A stretch of DNA of 32,000 nucleotides from Rhodobacter capsulatus SB 1003 (GCF_000021865.1 NC_014034.1:600001-632000), one strand, 5' to 3'. Shown: positions 8,378 through 16,346, numbered from the stretch's first letter. Numbers and translations are program-made. Notes: generated by a model from the letters alone, not told the origin.

Positions 8378-9664
8378 TCAGCGCGCGGCGGCGGCGCGGC
8401 GACGCTCGTAGGAGGAGGCAAGGCCCAGCGTCGAGCGGTATTTCGCCACCGTCCGCCGCGCGATCCGCAGCCCGGCGCGTTCGGCGAGCGTCACGATCGC
8501 ATCATCCGACAGCGGGTTTTGCGGATCTTCGCCGCCCACGGTGCGCTGCACGAAATCAAGGGCGCTGTCGCGCGACACCGCCTCGCCACCGCCCTGGGTC
8601 GAGACCGCGCGGGAAAAGAACGCCCGCAGCGGCAGCGCCCGGGTCTGGGTCTGGATCATCCGCCCCGAGACCGCGCGCGAAATCGTCGAGGCATGCAGGC
8701 CCAGTTCCGAGGCCACATCCTCCAGCGTCAGCGGCACCAGATGGGCGGGCCCCTTGTCGAGGAAGGCCGATTGCCGCGCCACCAGCACGGCGGCGGTGCG
8801 CAACAGCGTATCGCCGCGTCGCTCCAGCGCCTGCGCCAGCGCCCGGGCCTCGGCCAGCGCCTTGCGCCGTTCCGCGCGCGCCTTCGCATCGGCGGTGCCA
8901 TCGGCGAAACGATCTTCGCGCACGGTGATCGTGGGCGAGGTGGCGCGGTTGAGTTCCACCGTCCAGCCCTCGGCGCCGCGCACGGCGATCAGATCGGGCG
9001 GGAAAACGGGCGTCGGCTGATGGTCGAAAGCAAGCCCCGGCTTCGGGTTCAAGTGCCGGATCTGCTTGATGATTTCGGGGATGTCGCCGATGTCGCAATC
9101 GCAAAGATCGGCCAGATCGGACAGCCGGTTTTCCGCGATCAGCCGAATGTTGCGGATCAGCGTTTCGACTTCCCAGGTCAGGATGTCGGCCTCGCGCGCC
9201 TGCAGGATCAGGCAATCCGACAGGTCGCGGGCGAAAAGGCCGGTAGGCTCGAAGCCCTGCAGGACCGCCAGCATCGATTCGGCGCGCGAAAGCGACACGC
9301 CCGCCGCCAGCGCGATGCTGTCGAGGCTCTGGCCCAGCCAGCCGCTCGGCTCCAGCGCCTCGGCAAAGCGCAGCGCCAGCAGCCGGTCGGGGGTCTCGGT
9401 GAAGGCCATCTCGATCTGATCGACCACATGGGCCATCAGGCTGGGCTTGTGCGCGGCCACCGCGGCCACGGCGTCGAAATCCTCGCCGCCGCGGGCGATG
9501 AAGGCGGGCGGGGCGCGGTAGGTCAGAAAGGGGTTCGATGTGGCCTGTTCGGTCAGATGCTCGGACAAATCCTGCGACGACATGCCAAGGATGGCGAGGG
9601 AATGGAGCATCTGCCCCGCCATCTGCATCGTCTGTCTTTGGGAAAGCGTCTGCGCGAGTTCCAT
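8378..9664 (-). CDS. rpoN: RNA polymerase sigma-54 factor (nif-specific RpoN/NifR4)
   Basis: 428 aa. Gln/Leu-rich region I (MELAQTLSQRQTMQMAGQMLHSL) and a C-terminal RpoN box (ARRTVAKYRSTLGL). Short for an RpoN, consistent with a reduced acidic region II. Confidence 0.93.
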   Translation of the reverse strand: MELAQTLSQRQTMQMAGQMLHSLAILGMSSQDLSEHLTEQATSNPFLTYRAPPAFIARGGEDFDAVAAVAAHKPSLMAHVVDQIEMAFTETPDRLLALRFAEALEPSGWLGQSLDSIALAAGVSLSRAESMLAVLQGFEPTGLFARDLSDCLILQAREADILTWEVETLIRNIRLIAENRLSDLADLCDCDIGDIPEIIKQIRHLNPKPGLAFDHQPTPVFPPDLIAVRGAEGWTVELNRATSPTITVREDRFADGTADAKARAERRKALAEARALAQALERRGDTLLRTAAVLVARQSAFLDKGPAHLVPLTLEDVASELGLHASTISRAVSGRMIQTQTRALPLRAFFSRAVSTQGGGEAVSRDSALDFVQRTVGGEDPQNPLSDDAIVTLAERAGLRIARRTVAKYRSTLGLASSYERRRAAAAR

Positions 9665-9802
9665 GGGGACAACCTATCTCAAACTCGGGTCATTGCGTGG
9701 GGCGGCAGGGCGCCGCAGGTGAAGAAAGGGTCAGGTGCCGAAATCCGCGCCGCGCCACCCTGGGTTGTGCCGTGTTTTTGGGCGGGGCGGCGGGCGATCA
9801 TC

Positions 9803-10231
9803 TCAGTGCCGGATCTCGGGGACGACCCGGACCGGGCGGCCCAGGGTTTCGATCAGCTGGTGTTGCACCGTGGAAAGCGTGCGCGCCGACATCATGCAGC
9901 CCGCGCAGCTGCCCGAAAGCCGCACCTGAACGGTGGCGCCGGTGAGGCCGATCAGCTCGATGTCGCCGCCGTCGCGCTGGAACATCGGGCGCATCTCGGC
10001 GATCAGCTCGGCGACGACCGCGGCTTCTTCCTCGGGCGGAAACAGCGGCGCGGCCGGGGGTTTCGGGGCGGCGATCTCTCCGATCCTGACGAAATTCGCA
10101 AGGAAGGCGGCGGTGTCGGGGGCCTTGCCGCCCGCGGCCTGCCGGGCGGCCAGGGCCGCGGCGGCGGGCGGTGCCTGGGGCCGCGGCAGCGCGGTGTCCA
10201 GCGTCAGGCTTTCGTCGAAGAGATCCTTCAT
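9803..10231 (-). CDS. nifU2: Nfu/NifU C-terminal-domain Fe-S scaffold-like protein
   Basis: Start chosen at MKDLFDESL (ATG 10229-10231), preceded by AAAAAGGGGGA. The C-terminal Nfu domain has a CXXC motif (VRLSGSCAGCMMSARTL). The N-terminal half is Pro/Ala-rich and of low complexity. It lies directly upstream of rpoN. Confidence 0.85.
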   Translation of the reverse strand: MKDLFDESLTLDTALPRPQAPPAAAALAARQAAGGKAPDTAAFLANFVRIGEIAAPKPPAAPLFPPEEEAAVVAELIAEMRPMFQRDGGDIELIGLTGATVQVRLSGSCAGCMMSARTLSTVQHQLIETLGRPVRVVPEIRH

Positions 10232-10274
10232 CGCATCCCCCTTTTTGATCGGTTGAGGCTTCAGAAATGATCCA

Positions 10275-10290
10275 GCAAGAAGCGTGCCAA
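10275..10290 (-). promoter_or_regulatory. sigma54 (-24/-12) promoter of nifU2(-rpoN)
   Basis: The minus strand reads TTGGCAC-GCTTC-TTGC. It matches the nifB promoter at 14 of 16 positions, and the leader length to the ATG is similar (about 32 nt). Confidence 0.88.
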
Positions 10291-10327
10291 CCGTAACGGG
10301 CCCCGCAAGCAAGCTTCAGGCCCACAT

Positions 10328-10343
10328 TGGGGGATTTGCGACA
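10328..10343. promoter_or_regulatory. Degenerate NifA UAS (TGG-N10-ACA) for nifU2
   Basis: TGGGGGATTTGCGACA has one mismatch to TGT-N10-ACA. It shares the TGCGACA half with the nifB UAS. It sits exactly 40 bp from the -24 GG, the same distance as at nifB. Confidence 0.55.
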
Positions 10344-10410
10344 GACATTGTTGTAAATGCGGAAAATCGGGTCGGGGGCGGTGGACCTTGCCGAACGTCG
10401 GGCCGAAACG

Positions 10411-10438
10411 AAAAAAGCCGGCAGTCGAAACTGCCGGC
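10411..10438 (-). terminator. Rho-independent terminator after nifK (end of nifHDK)
   Basis: The minus strand reads GCCGGCAG-TTTCGA-CTGCCGGC followed by TTTTTT. It starts 22 bp after the nifK stop. Confidence 0.88.
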
Positions 10439-10459
10439 CCAGGTCGAGAGAAAGCGTGC

Positions 10460-11998
10460 TCAGCGGGTCAGATCGAAGCTGATGTCGGTCTTGCCCCAGT
10501 CACCGGCGCGGGCGTCGGCTTTGACGAAGATCGCGTCGAGGATCTTGACCAGAACCGTCAGGCCGCCCTGATAGCCCCAGGTCGGGAAGCGGTGGTGGTG
10601 GTGACGGTCGAAGATCGGGAAGGTCAGACGGATCAGCGGGATGCCGGTGTCGCGTTCCAGATATTTGCCGTAGGACGAGCCGATCAGGAAATCGGTCGGT
10701 TCGGTCATCAGGAAGCTGCGCATGTGCCACAGATCCTTGCCCGCCCAGACCTGACCCTGCTTGCCGAAGGGCGAAGCGGCCAGAACTTCTTCCATCTGCT
10801 TGGCCCATTTCTTCGAGCCGTTGGTGGCGAGGCAATGCACCGGCTCGCCGCCCATCTCCATGATGAACTTCGCCATGCCCAGAACGAAGTCCGGGTCGCC
10901 GAAGATCGAGAAGGTCTTGCCGTGCAGATAGGCCTGGCTGTCCGCGATCGCGTCGACCAGACGGCCGCGTTCCAGCTTGATGCTGTCCGGGATCGCCTTG
11001 CCGGTCAGTTCCGAGACTTTCATCAGGAAGCTGTCGGTGGCGGAAACGCCCATCGGATAGTTGAAGACGGCGGTTTCCTGACCAGTCGTTTCGACATATT
11101 CGAGCGTCTTCGGCGTGCACCATTCCTGCATCGAGAGCGTCGCCTTGGCGTTCACCGCGGCTTTCGCGTCTTCGAGTTTCGTGCCGCCCGCATACATGCG
11201 GTAATGCCCGTCCGAGGGGGTGTCATAGACTTCCGACACATCCGACAGGAAGGTGAAGCTGACGCCCATCGTATCCAGCAGGCGCTTGATTTCGCGGTTG
11301 TTCGCCACGGCGTAACCGTCGAAGCCCGGGATGATGTTCAGGCTGTCATTCGCCACGCGCTCGGCCCCGGCCCAGAACAGCGACAGGATGCCTTTCTGGG
11401 TGTTGTCATAGCCGTCCACATGCGAGCCGACAAAGGCCGGGGTGTGGGCGAAGGGCACCGGGAAATCGACCGGCACGCTTTCGGCCTCTTTCGCCTTGAT
11501 GATGAACGAGCTGAGGTCGTCGCCGATGACTTCGGCCATGCAGGTGGTCGAAACGGCGATCATCTTCGGCTTGTAAAGCGCATAGGCGTTGGCCAGGCCC
11601 TCGACCATGTTGGTCAGACCGCCGAACACCGCGGCATCTTCGGTCATCGAGGACGACACCGCCGCCGAAGGTTCCTTGAAGTGACGCGACAGGTGCGACC
11701 GGTAATAGGCCACGCAGCCTTGCGAGCCATGCACGAAGGGCAGGGTGCCTTCATAGCCCTGCGCGGCAAAGACGGCGCCGACCGGCTGGCAGGCTTTCGC
11801 CGGGTTGATGGTCAGGGCTTCGCGGGCGAGGTTCTTTTCGCGGTATTCCCAGGACGCCGTCCAGTCGCCGATCTGGGCGAGGGTTTCGGCGGAATGGCCG
11901 CATTCGAAGGTCGCCTTCTTGTTGGCGAGCATCTCTTTGTATTCAGGCTCGAAGAACAGTTTCGAGTGGTCGAGCACCTTGTCAGCCGACTGGGGCAT
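10460..11998 (-). CDS. nifK: Mo-nitrogenase MoFe protein beta chain
   Basis: 512 aa with NifK-family sequence throughout (for example [31 protein letters not shown]). AAGGAA RBS. Confidence 0.97.
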   Translation of the reverse strand: MPQSADKVLDHSKLFFEPEYKEMLANKKATFECGHSAETLAQIGDWTASWEYREKNLAREALTINPAKACQPVGAVFAAQGYEGTLPFVHGSQGCVAYYRSHLSRHFKEPSAAVSSSMTEDAAVFGGLTNMVEGLANAYALYKPKMIAVSTTCMAEVIGDDLSSFIIKAKEAESVPVDFPVPFAHTPAFVGSHVDGYDNTQKGILSLFWAGAERVANDSLNIIPGFDGYAVANNREIKRLLDTMGVSFTFLSDVSEVYDTPSDGHYRMYAGGTKLEDAKAAVNAKATLSMQEWCTPKTLEYVETTGQETAVFNYPMGVSATDSFLMKVSELTGKAIPDSIKLERGRLVDAIADSQAYLHGKTFSIFGDPDFVLGMAKFIMEMGGEPVHCLATNGSKKWAKQMEEVLAASPFGKQGQVWAGKDLWHMRSFLMTEPTDFLIGSSYGKYLERDTGIPLIRLTFPIFDRHHHHRFPTWGYQGGLTVLVKILDAIFVKADARAGDWGKTDISFDLTR

Positions 11999-12091
11999 GG
12001 GTCAATTCCTTGTCAAAGGCCGTCCGCATTCCGGGACGCACCGACGGGGGGAAGGGAGGGTGGGGGCGGCAGTGCACCGCCCCCCTTGGGC

Positions 12092-13597
12092 TCACTCGGC
12101 GGCGATGGGGGCTTTGTCCCAGGGCGCGTCGAACAGGCCCCAGACGGGGTTGTTGATCGCCATGTCCATGTCGCGCGCGAAGATCGCGAAGCCGTCGTAG
12201 CCGTGATAGGGGCCCGAGTAGTCCCAGCTGTGCATCTGACGGAACGGAATGCCCATCTTCTGCACCGGATACTTTTCCTTGATGCCCGAGCCGACGAGGT
12301 CGGGGCGGATCTTCTCGATGAACTTCTCCAGCTCGTAGCCGGTGACGTCATCATAGATCAGCGTGCCTTCCTTGACGTAATGGCCGGTGCGCTTGTAGTC
12401 GTCGTTATGGGCGAATTCATAGCCCGTCCCGGCGATCACCATGCCCAGATCGTCATAGGCGGTGACGACGTGGCGCGGACGCAGGCCGCCGACGTAAAGC
12501 ATCACCGACTTGCCTTCGAGCCGCGGCTTGTACTTGGCCAGGATGCCATCGACCAGCGGCCGGTATTTGGCGATGACCTTTTCGACATTGGCCTGGATGG
12601 TCTCGTCGAACTTGGCGCCGATGGCGCGCAGGCTGGCTTCGATCTGGGTCGGGCCGAAGAAGTTGTATTCCATCCAGCCGATCGAATACTTTTCTTCCAT
12701 GTAGCGGCAGATGTAGTTCATCGACCGGTAGCAGTGGATCAGGTTCAGCTTCGCCTTCGGCGCCCGTTCCATTTCCGCCAGCGTCGCATCGCCCGACCAG
12801 CAGCCGATCACGTTCAGACCGATTTCCTCGAGCAGGATGCGCGAGGCCCAGGCGTCGCCACCGATGTTGTAGTCACCGATGATGTTGACGTCATAGGGGC
12901 CGGGCTCGAAGGCCTTGGTCGCTTCCGACTCGGGCTGCTCGAAGATCCAGTCGCGCACGGCGTCGTTGGCGATGTGGTGGCCCAGCGATTGCGACACACC
13001 GCGGAAACCTTCGCAACGCACCGGAACGATGGTCTTGTTGATTTCCTTGTTCTTCTTCTTCGAAACGGCCTCGATGTCGTCGCCGATCAGGCCGATCGGG
13101 CATTCCGACTGGATCGTGATCCCTTTCGACAGCGGGAACAGTTCGTTGATCTCGTCGATCGTCTTTTCCAGCTTCTTGTCGCCGCCGAAGACGATGTCCT
13201 TTTCCTGGAAATCGGTGGTGAACTGCATCGTCACGAAGCTGTCCACGCCGGTTTTCCCGGTGTAGTAGTTGCGGCGCTGGCTCCACGAATAGTGGCCGCA
13301 GCCGACCGGGCCGTGGCTGATGTGGACCATGTCCTTGATCGGACCCCAGACCACGCCTTTCGAACCGGCATAGGCGCAACCACGAATGGTCATCACGCCC
13401 GGGACCGATTTGATGTTCGATTTGACGGTGTCGCATTTCGACGCGATGCCGGTGACGGCGTCGGCGTCTTCGCTGGTCGCACCGGCCACCGAGAGGTGTT
13501 TGGCGCGTTTCTTCTGAGCTTTCGCCGGATAGGCTTCGAGAACTTCCGCAATCAGGTTCTCGAGGTCTTCCGGGCCGCCCGCGTGATCTTTGGCCAT
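12092..13597 (-). CDS. nifD: Mo-nitrogenase MoFe protein alpha chain
   Basis: 501 aa with NifD-family sequence ([32 protein letters not shown]). GAGGGAG RBS. Confidence 0.97.
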   Translation of the reverse strand: MAKDHAGGPEDLENLIAEVLEAYPAKAQKKRAKHLSVAGATSEDADAVTGIASKCDTVKSNIKSVPGVMTIRGCAYAGSKGVVWGPIKDMVHISHGPVGCGHYSWSQRRNYYTGKTGVDSFVTMQFTTDFQEKDIVFGGDKKLEKTIDEINELFPLSKGITIQSECPIGLIGDDIEAVSKKKNKEINKTIVPVRCEGFRGVSQSLGHHIANDAVRDWIFEQPESEATKAFEPGPYDVNIIGDYNIGGDAWASRILLEEIGLNVIGCWSGDATLAEMERAPKAKLNLIHCYRSMNYICRYMEEKYSIGWMEYNFFGPTQIEASLRAIGAKFDETIQANVEKVIAKYRPLVDGILAKYKPRLEGKSVMLYVGGLRPRHVVTAYDDLGMVIAGTGYEFAHNDDYKRTGHYVKEGTLIYDDVTGYELEKFIEKIRPDLVGSGIKEKYPVQKMGIPFRQMHSWDYSGPYHGYDGFAIFARDMDMAINNPVWGLFDAPWDKAPIAAE

Positions 13598-13620
13598 TCT
13601 TTTGGCTCCCTCACTTCAGG

Positions 13621-13648
13621 TTTCGAAAAGGTGGGCAGGCTGCCCACC
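13621..13648 (-). terminator. Stem-loop plus T-run in the nifH-nifD spacer (putative partial terminator or mRNA-stability element)
   Basis: The minus strand reads GGTGGGC-AGCCT-GCCCACC followed by TTTTCGAAA. It lies inside the 65-bp nifH-nifD gap. Confidence 0.55.
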
Positions 13649-13662
13649 TGAACTGTCAGGCC

Positions 13663-14607
<945 letters not shown>

Positions 14608-14621
14608 TCACAGCTTCTACA

Positions 14622-14637
14622 GCAGCCATCGTGCCAA
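14622..14637 (-). promoter_or_regulatory. sigma54 (-24/-12) promoter of nifHDK
   Basis: The minus strand reads TTGGCAC-GATGG-CTGC, with GG and GC at canonical spacing, about 70 bp upstream of the nifH ATG. Confidence 0.88.
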
Positions 14638-14684
14638 CCGGAATTTTCGCAAATAATGACGCGAAATCATGGTGTTGAAGGTTT

Positions 14685-14700
14685 TGTTCGAAATGGAACA
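14685..14700. promoter_or_regulatory. NifA UAS (TGT-N10-ACA) for nifH
   Basis: TGTTCGAAATGGAACA is a perfect motif. Its proximal end is 50 bp from the -24 GG. Confidence 0.8.
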
Positions 14701-14768
14701 AGGCCGACAAATTGTAGGGCCTGCGGTGTCGGGCGGGGTTTTGTCGGGCCCTCTGTCGGGAGGAAATG

Positions 14769-14796
14769 AAAAACCCCGCCAGCGCGGCGGGGTTTT
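14769..14796 (-). terminator. Rho-independent (bidirectional-looking) terminator after fdxD
   Basis: AAAAA-CCCCGCC-AGCGC-GGCGGGG-TTTT. On the minus strand the stem is followed by TTTTT. It lies 19 bp after the fdxD stop. Confidence 0.8.
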
Positions 14797-14814
14797 CCGG
14801 TCCTTGCGGCGGTT

Positions 14815-15186
14815 TCAGACCGAGCCGCCGGGGGTGCCGGTGAAATGCACCATCACGTCTTCATCGCGCGGGATGAACTGGCAGGCCAGACGGAAGCGCG
14901 GCGGCAGGTCGCTGACCTCGGCCGCCTCGATCTCCTCGGCGGTGATCATCTGCAGCTCTTTCAGCCGCGCCTTCTCCTTTTCGGTCAGCATCATCGCCAT
15001 CGCGGGCTTGTTGTCGAGATGGGTGACCTCGATCAGACAGGAGGCGCAATCGCCGTCGCCGCATTCGAACGGGATCGGGATCGCATGTTCCTTGGCCAGC
15101 GCCAGGATCGTCGCGGTGTTGCCCGCCACCGCGTAGATGGTCTTGTCCTTCTTCATGATGGGCGACGTAAAGGTGATGTTCGGCAT
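14815..15186 (-). CDS. fdxD: [2Fe-2S] ferredoxin of the Shethna/FeSII type (ferredoxin V)
   Basis: 123 aa. Cys pattern FECGDGDCASC...RLACQ. From memory, it aligns end to end with Azotobacter FeSII (SSPLM..., IPFEC.DG.C.SC, DLPP..RLACQ, F.TG.PGG). It sits just upstream of nifH, as described for R. capsulatus fdxD. Confidence 0.88.
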   Translation of the reverse strand: MPNITFTSPIMKKDKTIYAVAGNTATILALAKEHAIPIPFECGDGDCASCLIEVTHLDNKPAMAMMLTEKEKARLKELQMITAEEIEAAEVSDLPPRFRLACQFIPRDEDVMVHFTGTPGGSV

Positions 15187-15234
15187 CGCAGTCCTCTTTT
15201 CTGTCGTTGAGGGAAAGATCCCGAAAACCGCGCA

Positions 15235-15250
15235 GCAAGGGCCATGCCAG
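15235..15250 (-). promoter_or_regulatory. sigma54 (-24/-12) promoter of fdxD
   Basis: The minus strand reads CTGGCAT-GGCCC-TTGC (TGGCAT instead of TGGCAC). The GC lies about 49 bp upstream of the fdxD ATG. Confidence 0.8.
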
Positions 15251-15325
15251 CGCCGCCGGGCGGGCTTGCCGGGGGGCGGGCGGGGGCCTAGCCTTGGCCC
15301 TGTTCCTCTCCTGCGCCAAGGTCCG

Positions 15326-15952
15326 ATGCCCCCGCCCCCGCCCGCCTCTTCCGACTGGATTTCCCGCCTCGAAGGCGGTCTGCGCCGCCGCTACGCCGCG
15401 GGCGAGACGATCGCGCGGCCGGATGCGCCCTCGGACCGGCTGATCCTGATCGAAAGCGGCACGGTGCGGCTGAGCCTGACCGGGGCCGGGCGCGAGGTGA
15501 CGCTGGCGCAGCTGCGCAGGGGCGGGCTTTTCGTCACCCACACCCGGGTCTGGCTGGTGGCGGCCGAACCCGCGCAGGTGCTCAGCTGGCCGGTGGCCGA
15601 GATGCTGGATCTGGTGGCGCGGCACCCGGACCTTGGCGTGGCCGCCTTTCGCGAGGTGGGGCAGATCCTGCGCGGGGCCCTTGATCTGATCGAGGATCTG
15701 GCCTTCCGCCCGGTCGAGGCGCGGCTGGCGCGGCATCTTCTGGCCGAACGCGCGGCGCAGGGGGCCGACACGATCCGGCTGATCGGCCCGACCGAGGCCC
15801 TGGCCACCGCGCTGGGCACGACGCGGCAGACGCTGTCGACGCTGATCAACCGGCTGATCCGCGCGGGTGTCCTGTCCCGGCCGGGGCGGCATCAGCTCTG
15901 CCTGCACGATCCGGGCCATCTGGCGCGGCTGGCCGAAGTGTCATCCGGCTGA
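15326..15952 (+). CDS. cooA: Crp/Fnr-family regulator, CooA-like CO-sensing haem protein
   Basis: Internal ATG at 15326 gives 208 aa starting MPPPPPASS. It has a cNMP-binding-like beta-roll and a C-terminal HTH (LATALGTTRQTLSTLINRLIRAGVL). The segment GGLFVTHTR aligns with R. rubrum CooA GDMFCMHSG (His77 ligand), and Pro2 is present. It is followed by cowN, which carries a CooA-type dyad. The upstream part of track ORF 15137-15952 overlaps fdxD and its promoter and is rejected. Confidence 0.72.
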   Translation: MPPPPPASSDWISRLEGGLRRRYAAGETIARPDAPSDRLILIESGTVRLSLTGAGREVTLAQLRRGGLFVTHTRVWLVAAEPAQVLSWPVAEMLDLVARHPDLGVAAFREVGQILRGALDLIEDLAFRPVEARLARHLLAERAAQGADTIRLIGPTEALATALGTTRQTLSTLINRLIRAGVLSRPGRHQLCLHDPGHLARLAEVSSG

Positions 15953-15954
15953 CA
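15939..15954. promoter_or_regulatory. CooA/CRP-type operator, perfect dyad TGTCA-N6-TGACA, upstream of cowN
   Basis: TGTCATCCGGCTGACA overlaps the cooA stop codon (15950-15952). A TATGAA -10-like hexamer at 15976-15981 places the dyad centre near -41.5 of a class II promoter. It is the only such dyad I found in the window. Confidence 0.75.
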
Positions 15955-16009
15955 GAAATTCCGTTTGGCCGGGCCTATGAAACAAGCCGCAATAGCCGAG
16001 GACCCCGCG

Positions 16010-16288
16010 ATGAACGACCAGACCCCCGACCGTTACGTGACCTTCATGGGCATCGCCTGTGACACGAATGCCGACCGCCTGTGCGAGATGCTGGCGGCGC
16101 GGATGGCGGGCAATGACTCGCGCTGGGTCGCCTATTTCGAGAAGAAACTGGCCGAGAATGCGCAGATGGGCCACGACCGGCTGCGGTTCATCGGGGCGCA
16201 GGTGAATGCGCTGATGTCCTTCTTCGAAGAGGAAGACGACGAAGCGGCCTTGGCGCTGCTCTGGCATATCGAGCATCACTGCCTCTGA
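16010..16288 (+). CDS. cowN: CowN, N2-fixation-sustaining protein (protects Mo-nitrogenase from CO)
   Basis: Start chosen at MNDQTPDRYVTFMGI (ATG 16010), with GAGGA 7 nt upstream. 92 aa. Its small acidic helical character, the DRYV(S/T)F N-terminus and its adjacency to cooA fit the CowN family. Confidence 0.7.
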   Translation: MNDQTPDRYVTFMGIACDTNADRLCEMLAARMAGNDSRWVAYFEKKLAENAQMGHDRLRFIGAQVNALMSFFEEEDDEAALALLWHIEHHCL

Positions 16289-16311
16289 CCGGGCGGGGAT
16301 GTTTCCCCGGG

Positions 16312-16342
16312 GCCGCGGGGCGCAAGGGCGCCCGACCGCGGC
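16312..16342. other. GC-rich stem-loop between convergent cowN and cbbO (possible bidirectional terminator; no T-run)
   Basis: GCCGCG-GGGCGC-AAGG-GCGCCC-(GAC)-CGCGGC forms about 12 bp of paired stem with one bulge. It lies in the 58-bp convergent gap. Confidence 0.35.
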
Positions 16343-16346
16343 GGCC

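Noticed and set aside
4689-8411. 1240-aa ORF on the plus strand
   Set aside because: It is entirely antisense to nifB and nifA, which have unmistakable family motifs. Its translation is low-complexity and Arg/Gly/Ala-rich, as expected for the reverse frame of GC-rich genes. No RBS or recognisable domain.
10388-13651. 1087-aa ORF on the plus strand
   Set aside because: Antisense to nifK and nifD. It has the same GC-driven open-frame artefact composition (R/G/A/D/V-rich) and no motifs.
15296-15314. TTGGCCC...CTGC upstream of cooA as a sigma54 promoter
   Set aside because: The GG to GC distance is 5 nt too long. No acceptable -24/-12 element was found on the plus strand in the fdxD-cooA spacer.
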